A stretch of DNA of 64,000 bases from Tubiluchus corallicola (Eukaryota > Animalia > Priapulida): assembly GCA_030141605.1 (NCBI GenBank), contig JAQGDQ010000042.1:62001-126000 (forward strand), given 5' to 3'. A program made the position numbers and the translations under genes. Each line of letters opens with the position of its first letter. Position 1 is the stretch's first letter. The notes under the pieces were generated by a model. The model was given only the letters and a program-made list of their open reading frames with translations, made no database searches and was not told where the DNA came from. Positions 25,301 through 36,866 of the stretch are shown here, piece by piece.

Positions 25301-28300
25301 AGATATGGTTACTTGACGTGGGAGTGGAAACATGGATTACGCAGCTGTTTGTATCCCGGATGTTTTGCTGCTATATTTAAATTGATGAATGTCTTCGGTT
25401 TGGATACTAGAAATGCACTGGTATGTAGCCATTGAATTGTAAAAACTGTTATTTGTAGTACGTGCCATATTGTTAAATAGGTACTGTTCATTACATGCAG
25501 TCCACATAATCATTAAAGATGCAGTGAAAACTGCTGGCGACAATGCACATGCACAGTGAAAACTGCTGACGACAATGCACATGCACAATGAAAACTACTG
25601 GCAACAATGCACATGCACAGTGAAAACTACTGGTGACAATGCATATGTGCAGTGAAAACTGCTGGCGACAATGCACATGCTCAGTGAAAAGTACTGGCGA
25701 CGATGCACTTGTGCAGTGAAAACTGCTGGCAACAATGCGCATGCACAGTGAAAACTACTAGCGACAATGCACATGTGTAGTAAAAACTGCTGGTGTCAAT
25801 GCACGTGCCCAGTGAAAACTGCTGGTGACAGTGCACGTGCCCAGTGAAAACTACTGGCGACTGTTCATTACATGCAGAGCCACAAAATCATTAAAATGCT
25901 GATTGATGTCAGAATAATGATCAGTCAAAACCCTGACGTTGAAGACACTGACTTTTAAAATCCTGCCATTCTAAACACTGAACTCTGTTTATGTAGCAAG
26001 ATCTCTGACTATGGACACTTACTTTGTTAGATACTTTATAGGGGTGTTTTTATTTCTGCAAGGATGTTGAACAAATTGTGCAGAAAGCGAGCGTTTCGAC
26101 ATTTTTAATAATGGCAATTTATGCGTAATATTGAGATTTTTGTACTAGAAAAATTAGCAGTCAAGGACTTGAAATGAGCTTAACTATAATCTGTTTTAGG
26201 ATTTGTCTCTGAAAAGGAAAAAGCAATTAAAGGAAAAAAAGAACTTTTGGACAAAAAATGGTTGCAAAGCAGAAATTAAAAAAGCTAGCATCTCGTATTT
26301 CATGTATTATAAGCTGTAGGTTCGAATAACATTTTATATTCATGTCATAACTTATTATGACACCTTTTATTTCTGATTTTTTATTACACTGGTCATCCTT
26401 AAAGTTGTGGCACTTGCATGATAAGTGTATTTGCGTACTGCAATGCATTTTGAAATTTCATATTTTGATAGGCGTTTGTACACATACTGTACAGTGATTT
26501 TGTATTCATTTCAGTCTTATCTGTCACTTAAATATTAAATTTTAATTTTAGATCATTGTGCCTAAGCTTATACATGCCTTTGCTGGATCCACGTGTGATT
26601 ACTACTTATATTGCCTTGTTCATCAACTGTTTGGTAACGATACAGCAAAATGGGCACTTGCTGCTCAGCTGTCTTCATGGTATTTTAAACACTTTAAATT
26701 ACACCTGTGGCTGCAGGTTTCACTGATTTAAAAAAATTATGTACACTAAATGCTTGAGAGATCTAAAGTGCTTTTTAAAAATATTCCAAAAGAAAGATAT
26801 ATTCCAAAACTTTTTAAAAATATTCATAGACGTGTGTAGCTAGTGAAATAGAAGAATGTTTTGTGTTTTCTCTTATTAGTTATTCTCTCTCTTATTCTCT
26901 TAAATATTGTAATGCATTTTTGCTAGTATACGTATAGTAAATTCTGAAATGAGTTTTAAATGTGTACTAGTAACTGAGTTATAAGAGTAAACGTGGTACG
27001 TGTAGTTTTATTAGTTCAACGTTAACCAGTTTTAGTAGATAAGACTATTCTGCTGTTACAGTTTTAACATGATATATTGCATTTGATAAGAAATATTGTA
27101 AGCTGCTGCTTTTCTATTTTTATGACTACTCATTGGCTAGTGAAATTTCGCATTGAATTTACTGTAGAATTTAGAGCTTCATGCACGTTTTAATATGTGA
27201 CCTTTGGTATTAATAGGGTCATGTTCTATAGTATTCCTCGACCATTGTCTAATACTGCTGAGACCGTTTTAATAGCTGCGGCTTTGTACTATTTTCCTTG
27301 GCCAAGGGACATGCATTATTTTTCAGCAAAGGAAACAGGTCCAGGGTAAGTTTCACTAATTTATATTCTCTCATCTAACATTAGCAGCACTGATGATTGT
27401 CCATTGAATAAGCTCTGTTATCAAAATAAGTATACTGTCAAACGATTGAACTGCAAATAAGCTAAGTATAATTATTACTTATGCATTTTTACAGTGGTAA
27501 CATTGTGAAGTATTTAATACTAGCAGCAGTGTCATGCATAGTGAGACCAACGGCTGCTATAACATTTGTACCTCTCTGTCTTTGGCATTTGTACTTTGCA
27601 CCAAACAAAGTGGAAACAGTTGTGAAGCATTATTTACCAGTAATGTAAGTATAAAAATAATTTTGAAAAAACATATTGAATAGTATCTTGTTGTTTGTGT
27701 CACTTTGTCGAACACCAATAGTGAGCTCTTTTTATGCATTTTGGTTAAGTTATTTGTTTTGTTATGTATATGTATAAAAATGTAATATGGAGGAGTTATT
27801 AATTAATTAATTATGACTGTGATTGCCAGACTTTTTATAAACCAATGGGGTTTATTTTACCAATTATTACCTATTGTGGGTAATGAGTTAAAGTGTATAA
27901 TGAATTTATAGAACAATTCTGGCAATCACAGTTATAATTAATTAATGATATCATTAGTTGCCAGCTAATTTGAGAGTTAGAATTATTTTGTTTATTATTA
28001 TAGTGCTTGTAATAAAATTACTCTGTTGACGTGTTTAATGCCATAGAATCAGCAATTTACCCTTAGTAAATGAGTTCACTTTAACTTTGCACAAGTTTGG
28101 GAAGAAGTGTTACCGCAGCCTAAGTCTGTTTCACTTGGTGCTACTGTTGGAAGTAGCTGGAAAATCTCTTTGCAGACGCTGTTTGCGATGTGTGAAGTTT
28201 ACCACTTGCACTGACTGTGCCATTGCGAACAATTCGACCGTTTACATTTCATGTGTTCATTTTTTTTAGGATAGTAAGCCTTGGGATCACAATTTTTTGT

Positions 28301-31300
28301 GATTTACTATTTTATGGTCAGTGGACATTTGTTCATTATAATTTCCTAGCGTTCAATTTTCTCACAAACGACAGCGCATTCTATGGTTCACATCCGTGGC
28401 ATTGGTATATGAGTCAAGGTTTACTGATGAATGTTCCAGCCCACATTGTGCCTGCTGTTCTTGGAGTGTACAAAACGAGGACTAAGGTCTTTGCCTACAT
28501 TGTTGCTTGGAATGTGCTTCTACTCAGGTAATGATACAGGTCCTATTAAAGGTTTAAAAGTTTTTTTGTTGCAGTTTTAATTTCAACATTTGCTTTATTT
28601 GAAATCAAGCCATAATTTAATTTAATGTTATTTGTTTTGTGCAAAGAGTTTACATCACATCCTCTAATGTCATTTTCAATTTTCTTGAAACCACCTGCTC
28701 TGTGTTTGCTTCGTAGTATTTTTTCTTTTTCTATTTGTGACTGTATTCAGAAACTGTCAGGTTAATTTAAGTGTACACATCATATATGTTGAAAATACAA
28801 GAATCTTTACATGTTTTCAGTCTTAAAGATCACAAGGAAGCTAGGTTTCTACTGCCAATGGTTCCCCTGATTATGATTTATACTGGTAAGGACATCCTAG
28901 GAATCATAAAGGACGTCCAGCAATGTTAACTGTTTACAATGTTTAAAAATTTTATTAAGGTTACGTTAGTATTGGTAATTTAAGCTTCTTCTGGTTAAAA
29001 AACAGAAGTGATGACTCAGATATGTCTGGAAAGTGTGGATCTAAGGTTTATTTGGTATACCAACTGTTTATAAGTTTAAAGGTTGTGAATGAAACAATGC
29101 TTGTTGGTGCTCATAAGCTTAATGTGATGTTGTTTTTATTTCTTAGGTTGTTTTATGCAGTCTCTATGCAAACCTGCAGGCAAAGACAAGCCAAGACATT
29201 GTATGGCTGCTTTTATACTCTTGGGCTATTTAATTGTCACTAATTTACCCGTAGCTTTGTATACATCTATGGTTCATCAGCGAGGAACCATAGATGTTAT
29301 GGACTATTTATATGATGAAGCAGTGACTCATACAGAAATGCAAGTGCTGTTTTTAATGCCATGTCACTCCACGCCTTATTATAGGTATGCTGTTTTATTG
29401 TATCTCACATTTTGGGGGTTGTTTAATTTAACATTTGTATTTTATCAACAAGTTGCTAATAGTTTGTTTAGTAGTTAATTTAGAAAAATGAGTCAATCAC
29501 AGACAAAGTTTCTAATAGTCCTGTTCCTTATCTATTTTCGTTAATTTAACTTTCCAGAAATATAGAGGATATCTTATTTCCAAAAATTTTGAACGAACCT
29601 TATGACCAGTACGTTAACTATAACTATACCTTCTACACAGTTCTAGTCTATGACTTTACCATTCTAAAACATAGGCCTGTGAAGCTAATTTTCTAAACTA
29701 ACTACCAGATAAATCAATTGATTTGGACTCCACTTGTAACAATGTTGAATGAATGTGACTAAATCAATTCGAGTTGAGGAGTGCATCATTCTTCTAATGA
29801 CTCTTTTGCTTGTTATGCCAGTTATGAAATGCCAATATTTTAGATGTTCAGCACGCATGGAATAATAAAAACTAATAACAGTTAGTTCACAATGTTTGCA
29901 AACATTGAAGATCTTGCAAACATTATAGTCAATAGTTACAGAATTGGACATTGAAAAGATGCTAGCCTTTTTTTTGAAAGTTCTAACTTTGTTTTGTTGA
30001 ATTTGGTTTGCCTGAGTGCATAGGAACTGCACTTCATAATGAAATGGGAACTTGTAACATTTCAACCTGTGACCCAGGGATCAGAGGTCAACCAATCTCG
30101 GCATAACAGATACCATTCAATTGGCCTCCTTTCATTTGACATACTACAAGCTAGTTTTGGTTGACACTGGAAAGCACTTGCCTCCTCGACCCTATTTTGT
30201 CCCCTAGAGGGGTTGCAGGTTAGCCACTCAGTTATTCATTGTAACCTATGCCATATGATTCACCTCATCGAGCCTTCATTTGATATAGTACAAGGTATTA
30301 TTCCTAGACACTTTATGTATTTTTGTTTCTGACCCCCATTTTATAGTTTTTGACCCCCTGCTGGTCAATACTTGGCACAACTTACACCATTCAATTTGTC
30401 TCATTGAGACCTTTCATTTGATGTACTACAAGCAACTTTTGGTCGACCTTGGAAGGTATTTGTCTCCTCGACCCCTATTTTGTCCCTAATGGGGTCGCAA
30501 GTTAACGATTTACGTTGTAACCTATACCATTCGATTCGCCTCGTGGAGACTTTTCATTTGGGACGCTACATGGTACTATTCCTAGACAATCGATGCATTT
30601 CTGTTCCCATCCCCTATATTTAAGTTTTTGCCCTCTACTGCGGTCAGAGATTAACCAATGGCTAAGCAATTATTACCGTTCAATTTGTCTCATTGAGACC
30701 TTTGATTTTACGTAGTACAAGCTAATTCCAGTTGACAATGGAAGGCATTTGTCTCCTCGACGCCTGTTTTGCCCCCTATGGGGATCACGGGCTACCTATT
30801 CTCATTGTAACCTACACCATTCGATCCGCCTCATTGAGACCATTCATTTGACATTTTTCGGTCTTTGCCCCCTAGCGGGAAATTTTCCTACACTTGCATG
30901 CCCCATATTTTGTGATGTGCAAGGCCACGCCACCATCTAGCAACATACAAATATTTTGGCCCAGTCTCCGTCCAGAGAGTATACCCTGTGAATTTTGTGT
31001 CCCTAGCCCTCAGCATGTAAATGTCACCTATTGTGGGACCCCAAATTTTGCATTTTGGCCCCTCCGTCGGACGTTTAAAACTTGTCAGCTTTTTAAAACC
31101 CCAGGTGCACGTCTACCCCACAGTACCCAAATACTTGTGAAAAAAATTTGCAAAAAACCAAGAGCCCCAAGAGGAGATGCGACCTAAAGGAAGAACTGAC
31201 AGACGTCCACTGCCCTTCCCCTTTGACCAGTGGTCAGCGGTCAACACACTGTTGTCTGTGACCCGCCAAGGGCTACCCACCCTGTAAGTTTGTGACCCTA

Positions 31301-33503
31301 GCTTACAAGGCTTACAAGTTATTAAACGTTAGAGTGGCGGAGAATAAATAATAATAAATCATAATAACAGTATGAAAGGCATTAAGATTTTGCTATCTAC
31401 AATTTGATTCCTTGTTGTTGGTGTTGTTAGCAATGAATAATAAATGGTATATTTTATCACCAAGTTACTCTATTACTTGCTTTCTTTTAGTTATCTACAT
31501 CAAAACATCAGTATGCGATTTCTTACTTGTGAACCTAACTTATCTGGGACATCTGATTATATAGATGAAGCAGACCATTTTTATAACGATCCAGTGCGCT
31601 GGTTGCACTTGGTAGGTTTCATATTCACTTAATTTTAGCTTTTTTGTTATTATGTGTTCAAGGGCCTTCAGTCAAAGCAGTTAAGGAACAAGTTAGCTTT
31701 TAGTGCTTTTATTTTAGACATTTTTTCGATGCTGCTAAATCGCTAAACATTTTTTAGGGATTTATTGAGAAACTTATTGGGAATATTTATGTATCTCAAT
31801 ACAAAGTTACAATTAGCTTGCAAGGTGGTACAATATACTTTTTTCTGAAGATATAAATAGAGAGCTTTTGTGCATGACACACATTTGCTTGAAAATGGCT
31901 TGAAGCATCTCTAGCTGCTCTATTACAGAGTAGTGTAACATACATTGAAAGGCCACTCACAAGCAAATGTGTGCTTAGAGTGCCCTCGTGCCTTTTTGAT
32001 CCGCATTAGTGTAGTAAATTTGTGACAGAAAAGCAGGGCCTATCATGCCACAACCTATGTTTAAGATAACTTGGTTTTATACAGTGATGTTTTCGTGCAG
32101 TTTGTTGCTATAATGATTATTAACAACTAGTGGCAAGAATCATGCAGCTCTGCTAACTTGCAAATTTCCTGGGCTTGCTATCCATCCAGATGACAGTGGT
32201 TTACTTTATCCAGTGGTTTACTTTGGATTAAGCTATAGGTAGAACAATTGACTGGGAATGATACGTATGATACCTCTGAGTTAATTTTTTTATAAACGGG
32301 TTTCATTTATTATTTTTCACATATAGTGTGCCCTTTGGTCAACAGGGAAGCTGACGTAAAGACCTCATGCAAGATACAAAATAAATTTTACAAGATTCTG
32401 CTAGAAACAATGCATAATAAAATGTGACTGCATGATCAAGAAAATACAAGTCTGTTTCCTTACTTAAATCTACCAGTATTCTTGATGAATTTTTTACCAT
32501 CAGCAGATTTAAGTATTGGACGAACCATACTTTTATAAAGTTTTTCTGAAACTATTCGCATTATTAAATATGAAATTTTCTTTAGTACGTCTAAACGTTT
32601 GTGAGCATTTTCAAGTGAATGGCGGATATGGGTGGCCCATTTTAGATTTGATTGTAAGTGTAGGTTTAATGTTTATGAACAGTAACTGTTTTTAAAGCAG
32701 TGTTATTAAGATATTTTCCGCTGAAAAGAATAACTTCAGTTTTGTCGTATTTGAATGTGAATAATCGAGTAGCTTACTGATGTATTGTTGTTAGATCTGA
32801 ATTTAAGTGCATGGCACATATGGTGGGATCGTCCCTAATTTCAGTTAAAGAGTGTCTTCTACAAAAAGTCATATATCAGTACTTATGTTCGAGCCATATT
32901 AAGAGTGCCCTTTTAAAATGTAAATTAAAGTTGAATTAATTTGAGTTAAATTAGTTACTAATGAAAAAATACCTTTAAATGAGGTATTATGTCAAACAGT
33001 AATTAATTTGCATGCAATCTATAATAAGAAAAATAATATGTAAACAGAAAAAATTAACAAACGACTTGAATAAATTGATTGTGGGAATGACCTAACTGCA
33101 AATAAGGTACCTCAGAAAGTCACACTGTCGTATCAATAATTCACCAAATTAAAAAAAGCAATGACTAACGGGCACATGAACTTGATTTTTTTTAATTCCA
33201 ATGTGGATAGTTTTGCTTTTCTTGACAAATGATTGCAGTGAAGCTGGGCAAATACCTACTGCATTGCTTTCATCACAGTATAGTAGTTATATAATGTTGT
33301 TCGTCTTTTCCTGTTTTCAGAATGCAGATGCAGAGAAACAAGTACCTAGTCATGTCGTATTGTACAACGTATTACTTTCCCAGATTAGGCCATGGTTGAG
33401 CGAGCATTCCTTCAGCGAATGTGCATCATTTTTCCACACACATTTTCCACAAGGTAGAATTGGATCACACGTAATTGTGTTTTGTAACAAACATTTATTT
33501 TAA
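22361..33503 (+). CDS. PIGB: GPI mannosyltransferase 3 (PIG-B), 10 coding exons, 508 aa
   Basis: Exons 22361-22497, 25303-25420, 26552-26679, 27217-27345, 27495-27644, 28270-28527, 28821-28885, 29147-29384, 31491-31611, 33321-33503 join in frame (1527 nt). Motifs ADEFWQ, GYLTWEW, RPLSNTAE, VRPTA, FYGSHPWHWY, HKEARF, HQRGTIDVM, LMPCHSTPYYS, DEADHFY, FFHTHFP. AATAAA overlaps the stop codon. Confidence 0.94.
22550..23580 (+). mobile_element. Degenerate LINE (non-LTR retrotransposon) ORF2 fragments and 3' end
   Basis: IPVSWKTGTISLIHK followed after a frameshift by ENYRPIAI (pre-RT motif), then C-terminal ...CKCSKDIETADHVILSC (CCHC-like). Multiple frameshifts and stops; GGAT/GATT-type tail. Confidence 0.78.
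24009..25000 (-). mobile_element. Truncated Tc1-family DNA transposon (DD34E transposase C-terminus, one TIR)
   Basis: TA+CAGTCGTGGCCAAAAGTTT Tc1-type end at 24009. ORF 24938-24594 has FMQDGAPCH...WPGNSPDLNPIENLW with 34 residues between D and E, ending GGHTKY. The 5' part is missing. Confidence 0.88.
25519..25861 (+). repeat. 32-bp minisatellite, about 10.7 copies (gcacagtgaaaactgctggcgacaatgcacat)
   Basis: Head-to-tail units starting at 25519, 25551, 25583, 25615, 25647, 25679, 25711, 25743, 25775, 25807, 25839; no spacers. Confidence 0.95.
27803..27946. repeat. Foldback/MITE-like inverted repeat
   Basis: ttaattaattatgactgtgattgccaga (27803-27830) is the reverse complement of tctggcaatcacagttataattaattaa (27919-27946) with one mismatch. 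Confidence 0.8.
30085..31372. mobile_element. Composite non-autonomous element with an internal ~280-bp tandem array (Helentron/HINE-like architecture)
   Basis: About 3 diverged units (anchors accattcaatt at 30113 and 30386, accgttcaatt at 30675), each with two related halves (ttcatttga). Followed by palindrome tgaccagtggtca and an AAT-rich end. Class assignment is inference; boundaries approximate. Confidence 0.55.
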
Positions 33504-34088
33504 TAAATTTATAATTTTGTTGTTTACTTATTTGTTGTTATTGTGTTGTTTTTGTACTAACATACATGACTTAAGCTGTTTCCCACATTAATAATAATAC
33601 ATTCGTTACTGAGTTATTAAGGCTGACTTGAAAATGTCTGTATTGGGATGTCTGTAATTTATTGCAGAAAGGAAATGGAAAAACGAAAGAAGATTTGCAA
33701 CCAACTATAGACACATGAATATAAAATAATACCTGAGATTTAAATTAGTTAGTAATGAAGTAATGTAATGATTAAATGAAGTATTATGTCAAACAGTGTT
33801 CAATTTGCATGCAATCTATAATAACAAAAAATGCATAGACAGAAAAATGAATTAATGAATTGAATAAACTGATTGCAGAACGACCACACCACAAATGAGG
33901 TACCTCAGAAAGTGACACTTTCGTAATAATAATGATTCATTGAATTAGAAAAAGCAATGACTAACTTGTACCTTGTACAAGGGAATTGTATTTTGATTTT
34001 TTAATTCCAACGTGGATGGCCCATATATTGAATTTTTGTTTTTCTTGTCTAATGATTGCGGTGAAGCTGATCAAATGTCAACAAATAC
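32976..34088 (+). repeat. Two diverged ~290-bp direct repeats (about 32976-33260 and 33773-34088) flanking the last PIGB exon
   Basis: Shared blocks gtattatgtcaaacagt, aatttgcatgcaatctataataa, aggtacctcagaaagt, aaaaagcaatgactaac, tttttaattccaa, atgattgc.gtgaagctg occur in the same order in both copies. Confidence 0.88.
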
Positions 34089-34558
34089 CGTTATTCTACA
34101 ATCTTACTAATGAAACTTTTCCTACTAATAACAAGCTCATGTTTTTCAAGGGCTTCATAACATGCTGATCTTCAGTGGCTTCCTGGCAACCTGAACAACT
34201 AAATTGTATCATGTTTTGCCACTCTGTATGCATGTGAAGACTAAAGCGAATGCATGTATTGTAAGCTACAATTTCAAACTTGTTTAAATTATGATCAGTC
34301 AGAATTGCTGCCTTCATGCTCTCCATCACCTTTGTGTGATGCTGATCAATTTTTAGGAACTCTGACAGCATGTGCAGACCATAGAACAGTTTGACTTGGT
34401 ACACAATGAATTAGCTTTTCTCCATGAAGTTTTTAAAAGTCTAGGTCGATTGTCCATACCGTAAATATTGTCAATATTTTGTCAGTATTTCAAGATAGCA
34501 ATAAACCCCTCCGTGAGCCTCAACAACCTGACAAGTTATAGAGCATTTCACTTGTGAC

Positions 34559-34831
34559 CAGGGCCGGATTATAACCTTTTGGGGCCTCTAGGCTAATGAA
34601 ATTATGGGCCCCTCGGGTGGATCCACCCTCTAATTCGTCCACAAGATGATAAACAAACATGGGCCACTTTTTTAAAATTGGATTTTCAGACTTCCAGACC
34701 TTTTTTAAAGTGGAAATTTTATTTTCAATTAAATGAGTTATTCAGCGATGCAAAATATTAAAATATTGTATTCATTTTTCAAAAAAAAGTATTTGAAATT
34801 CTTTTAGCAGGGCCCAGCCTATACGGCCCTG
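34559..34831. mobile_element. hAT-type MITE with 8-bp TSD
   Basis: TIRs CAGGGCCG...CGGCCCTG; flanks cttgtgac / gttgtgac (7 of 8 identical). Confidence 0.8.
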
Positions 34832-35639
34832 GTTGTGACCCCGATTCTAGAAGCAGCAGGACAGCTTACTTATCCACACTGTCAATCTTGTCACATATGA
34901 CAAACTTAAATTCATCCAGGAGCATGACATTCTGTACGAGTTATCCAGTAACTGTTTGTGTCGCTCGTCCTCATTTCTTGTGTGAGAATATTCAATGACT
35001 GTTTGTCTAGAATATCAGTCATTCCTTGCAACTATAATCAATAGGAACATTGGCCGTCTACAACTTGTCCATATTGACAGTCTCATTCATAGTTTTTCTT
35101 GATAGGAATAAACCTATTGGAGATCGTGACAGTCTCTGCAAATACAGACCACAGTTAGTTTGTTTGTCATTTTTAATGTTCTACTATTAAGAATCACAAG
35201 CTGTACCGCATCAGCAAAATTTACTTAACAAATTTAAAATACAATATTTTTCTACATGTAATGTTTAGTGAGGTACATTTTTGCAACATACTGAAAAATA
35301 TATGAATACACTGTAAAGCTAACTCATTATTATGCATTTGGTTACTTACGTCAATATGCATCACTAAGTGTAATGAAACAGTTTTCTTTACTTATGCCTG
35401 ACTTGCTCTGCTTTTACTAGCTTTTAGCAGTCATTGTATAGAATTCCCCATGTGGCAATGAACCAAAGAAAGGGTGTAGGTCAAATTCGTTTATTTTTCG
35501 TTTCAAATCGTAAAATTACAATTTAATTTAGTTAGCACAATCATTATATCGTTAGTACATCGCTTTGTATAATTCCAACTGACTATAGTATTTGTGTGTT
35601 CATTGTTATGAGTGAGGCTACTGAGACAAATGAAACGTC

Positions 35640-35953
35640 TTAAAATGGTAAAAAGCAAGCCGTTCATTACTTCTTTGTTTTCTGGAGGCGGTGCTTTGTG
35701 AGGAAATTAATAGCCTTATAAGGATTGCTTGTTTCCAGGCAACGGATGTAGAAAAGCAAAGAAGCCTTTTGCTCTCCTTGCGATGGCATGCGTCACTTTG
35801 CGCTTGGGAAGTAGCGCAGGTCGTTGATTGTGAATCGAACAATACAGTTTCCACGGTAGCTGCTGTACCGTTTGCACTCCGCGATTGTGAGGAATTTATC
35901 TCAAGTTGTTTTTGTTGTTTGTCCCCATCATTGGCTGTAAATTTATTGCACAG
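35640..35953 (+). promoter_or_regulatory. Putative GGCX promoter and non-coding first exon
   Basis: Locally GC/CpG-richer block ending in a CAG|GTAACT donor at 35953/35954, with an acceptor at 36853 just before the GGCX ATG. The 5' boundary is approximate. Confidence 0.5.
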
Positions 35954-36866
35954 GTAACTGTTATTTGTGAGATATTATTTTTTCGTAATAGCAGCGTTAC
36001 TTCGGCACACTGATTACGTTATTAATATTTGTTTGACATTTAGTAGAATGCTACAATTATTAACTGAAGAGCAAGACTAGAATCAGTGAATTGTCACTTT
36101 TTGTATAATCTACAGTTACTTTTTACGCTACCAAATCTACATGATTTGAAAAGCTTCCGGAGTTATTTTACAAAGTATAACACCAAAATTTCGTCATGTA
36201 CAACAATTTTTCAACAGCGATCTGTTATTCGAACGTAATTCTGGGTTTTCAGTGACTTGCAGCTTATTTTGTTTAAAACCAGACTAGTAGTTGCTTATTG
36301 ATAGACTAGTATGACACAAAAAGATTTCACTCTGAAGAGATGTAGTAAGCCTACCAAAAAGAAATATGCTAATAAGAATGCAAATCAATGTTTGCCCACA
36401 TTAATGTATTTTAAGTTTAAGTTTATTACACACCAAATAGAAAGTAGACAATATACATTAAAATACGCTTAAAAAGTAACACGTCTTGTATATATATTAT
36501 CACTCATTCAATTCCAGCAGTGTGTAATTAATATAACTCTTCGTTGCTCTGATGTATTTGTTACACAGATTTGCTTAAATAAGACATCCTACCTGGCAAG
36601 ATTATTCTCATAATGGGCATTATGTTTACTTTCCAAGTTTTTTGTACTTTTAGAACAATTAGCAATACTTGAATTTTCTCTTAACAATTTGCAGGACACA
36701 TATATAAAGACATGTTTTGAACGCAATAATTTTGTTAATACATTTTGCTCATGCTTACCTGGTTGGACCGCATGTACCTATGTGTTACACACTGTGTACT
36801 GTGCTTACTTAAAACCACTTAACTTTCTTCATACTATATAATTACTTCTTCAGGTGAAGTCCATTC

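Larger units (their letters stand above)
22498..25302 (+). other. U12-type (minor spliceosome) GT-AG intron in PIGB
   Basis: 5' splice site GTATCCTTCT at 22498. Branch-like TTGCTTAAC at 25285-25293, 9 nt from an AAG acceptor with no polypyrimidine tract. Splicing gives AF-G-YGYLTWEW in frame. Confidence 0.88.

Noticed and set aside
25337-25742. Cys/His-rich repetitive minus-strand ORFs
   Set aside because: Translations of the 32-bp minisatellite; the period is not a multiple of 3.
25519-25861. Possible CRISPR array (32-bp period)
   Set aside because: Units are contiguous with no unique spacers, there are no cas genes, and it lies in a eukaryotic intron. It is a minisatellite.
34096-35160. 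Possible minus-strand coding or retroelement remnant
   Set aside because: Looks coding-like in places, but I could not recover a recognisable protein motif; needs BLASTX.
35618-35957. 78-aa and 88-aa ORFs upstream of GGCX
   Set aside because: No domain similarity, non-ATG starts; the region is better explained as the GGCX promoter and 5' UTR exon.
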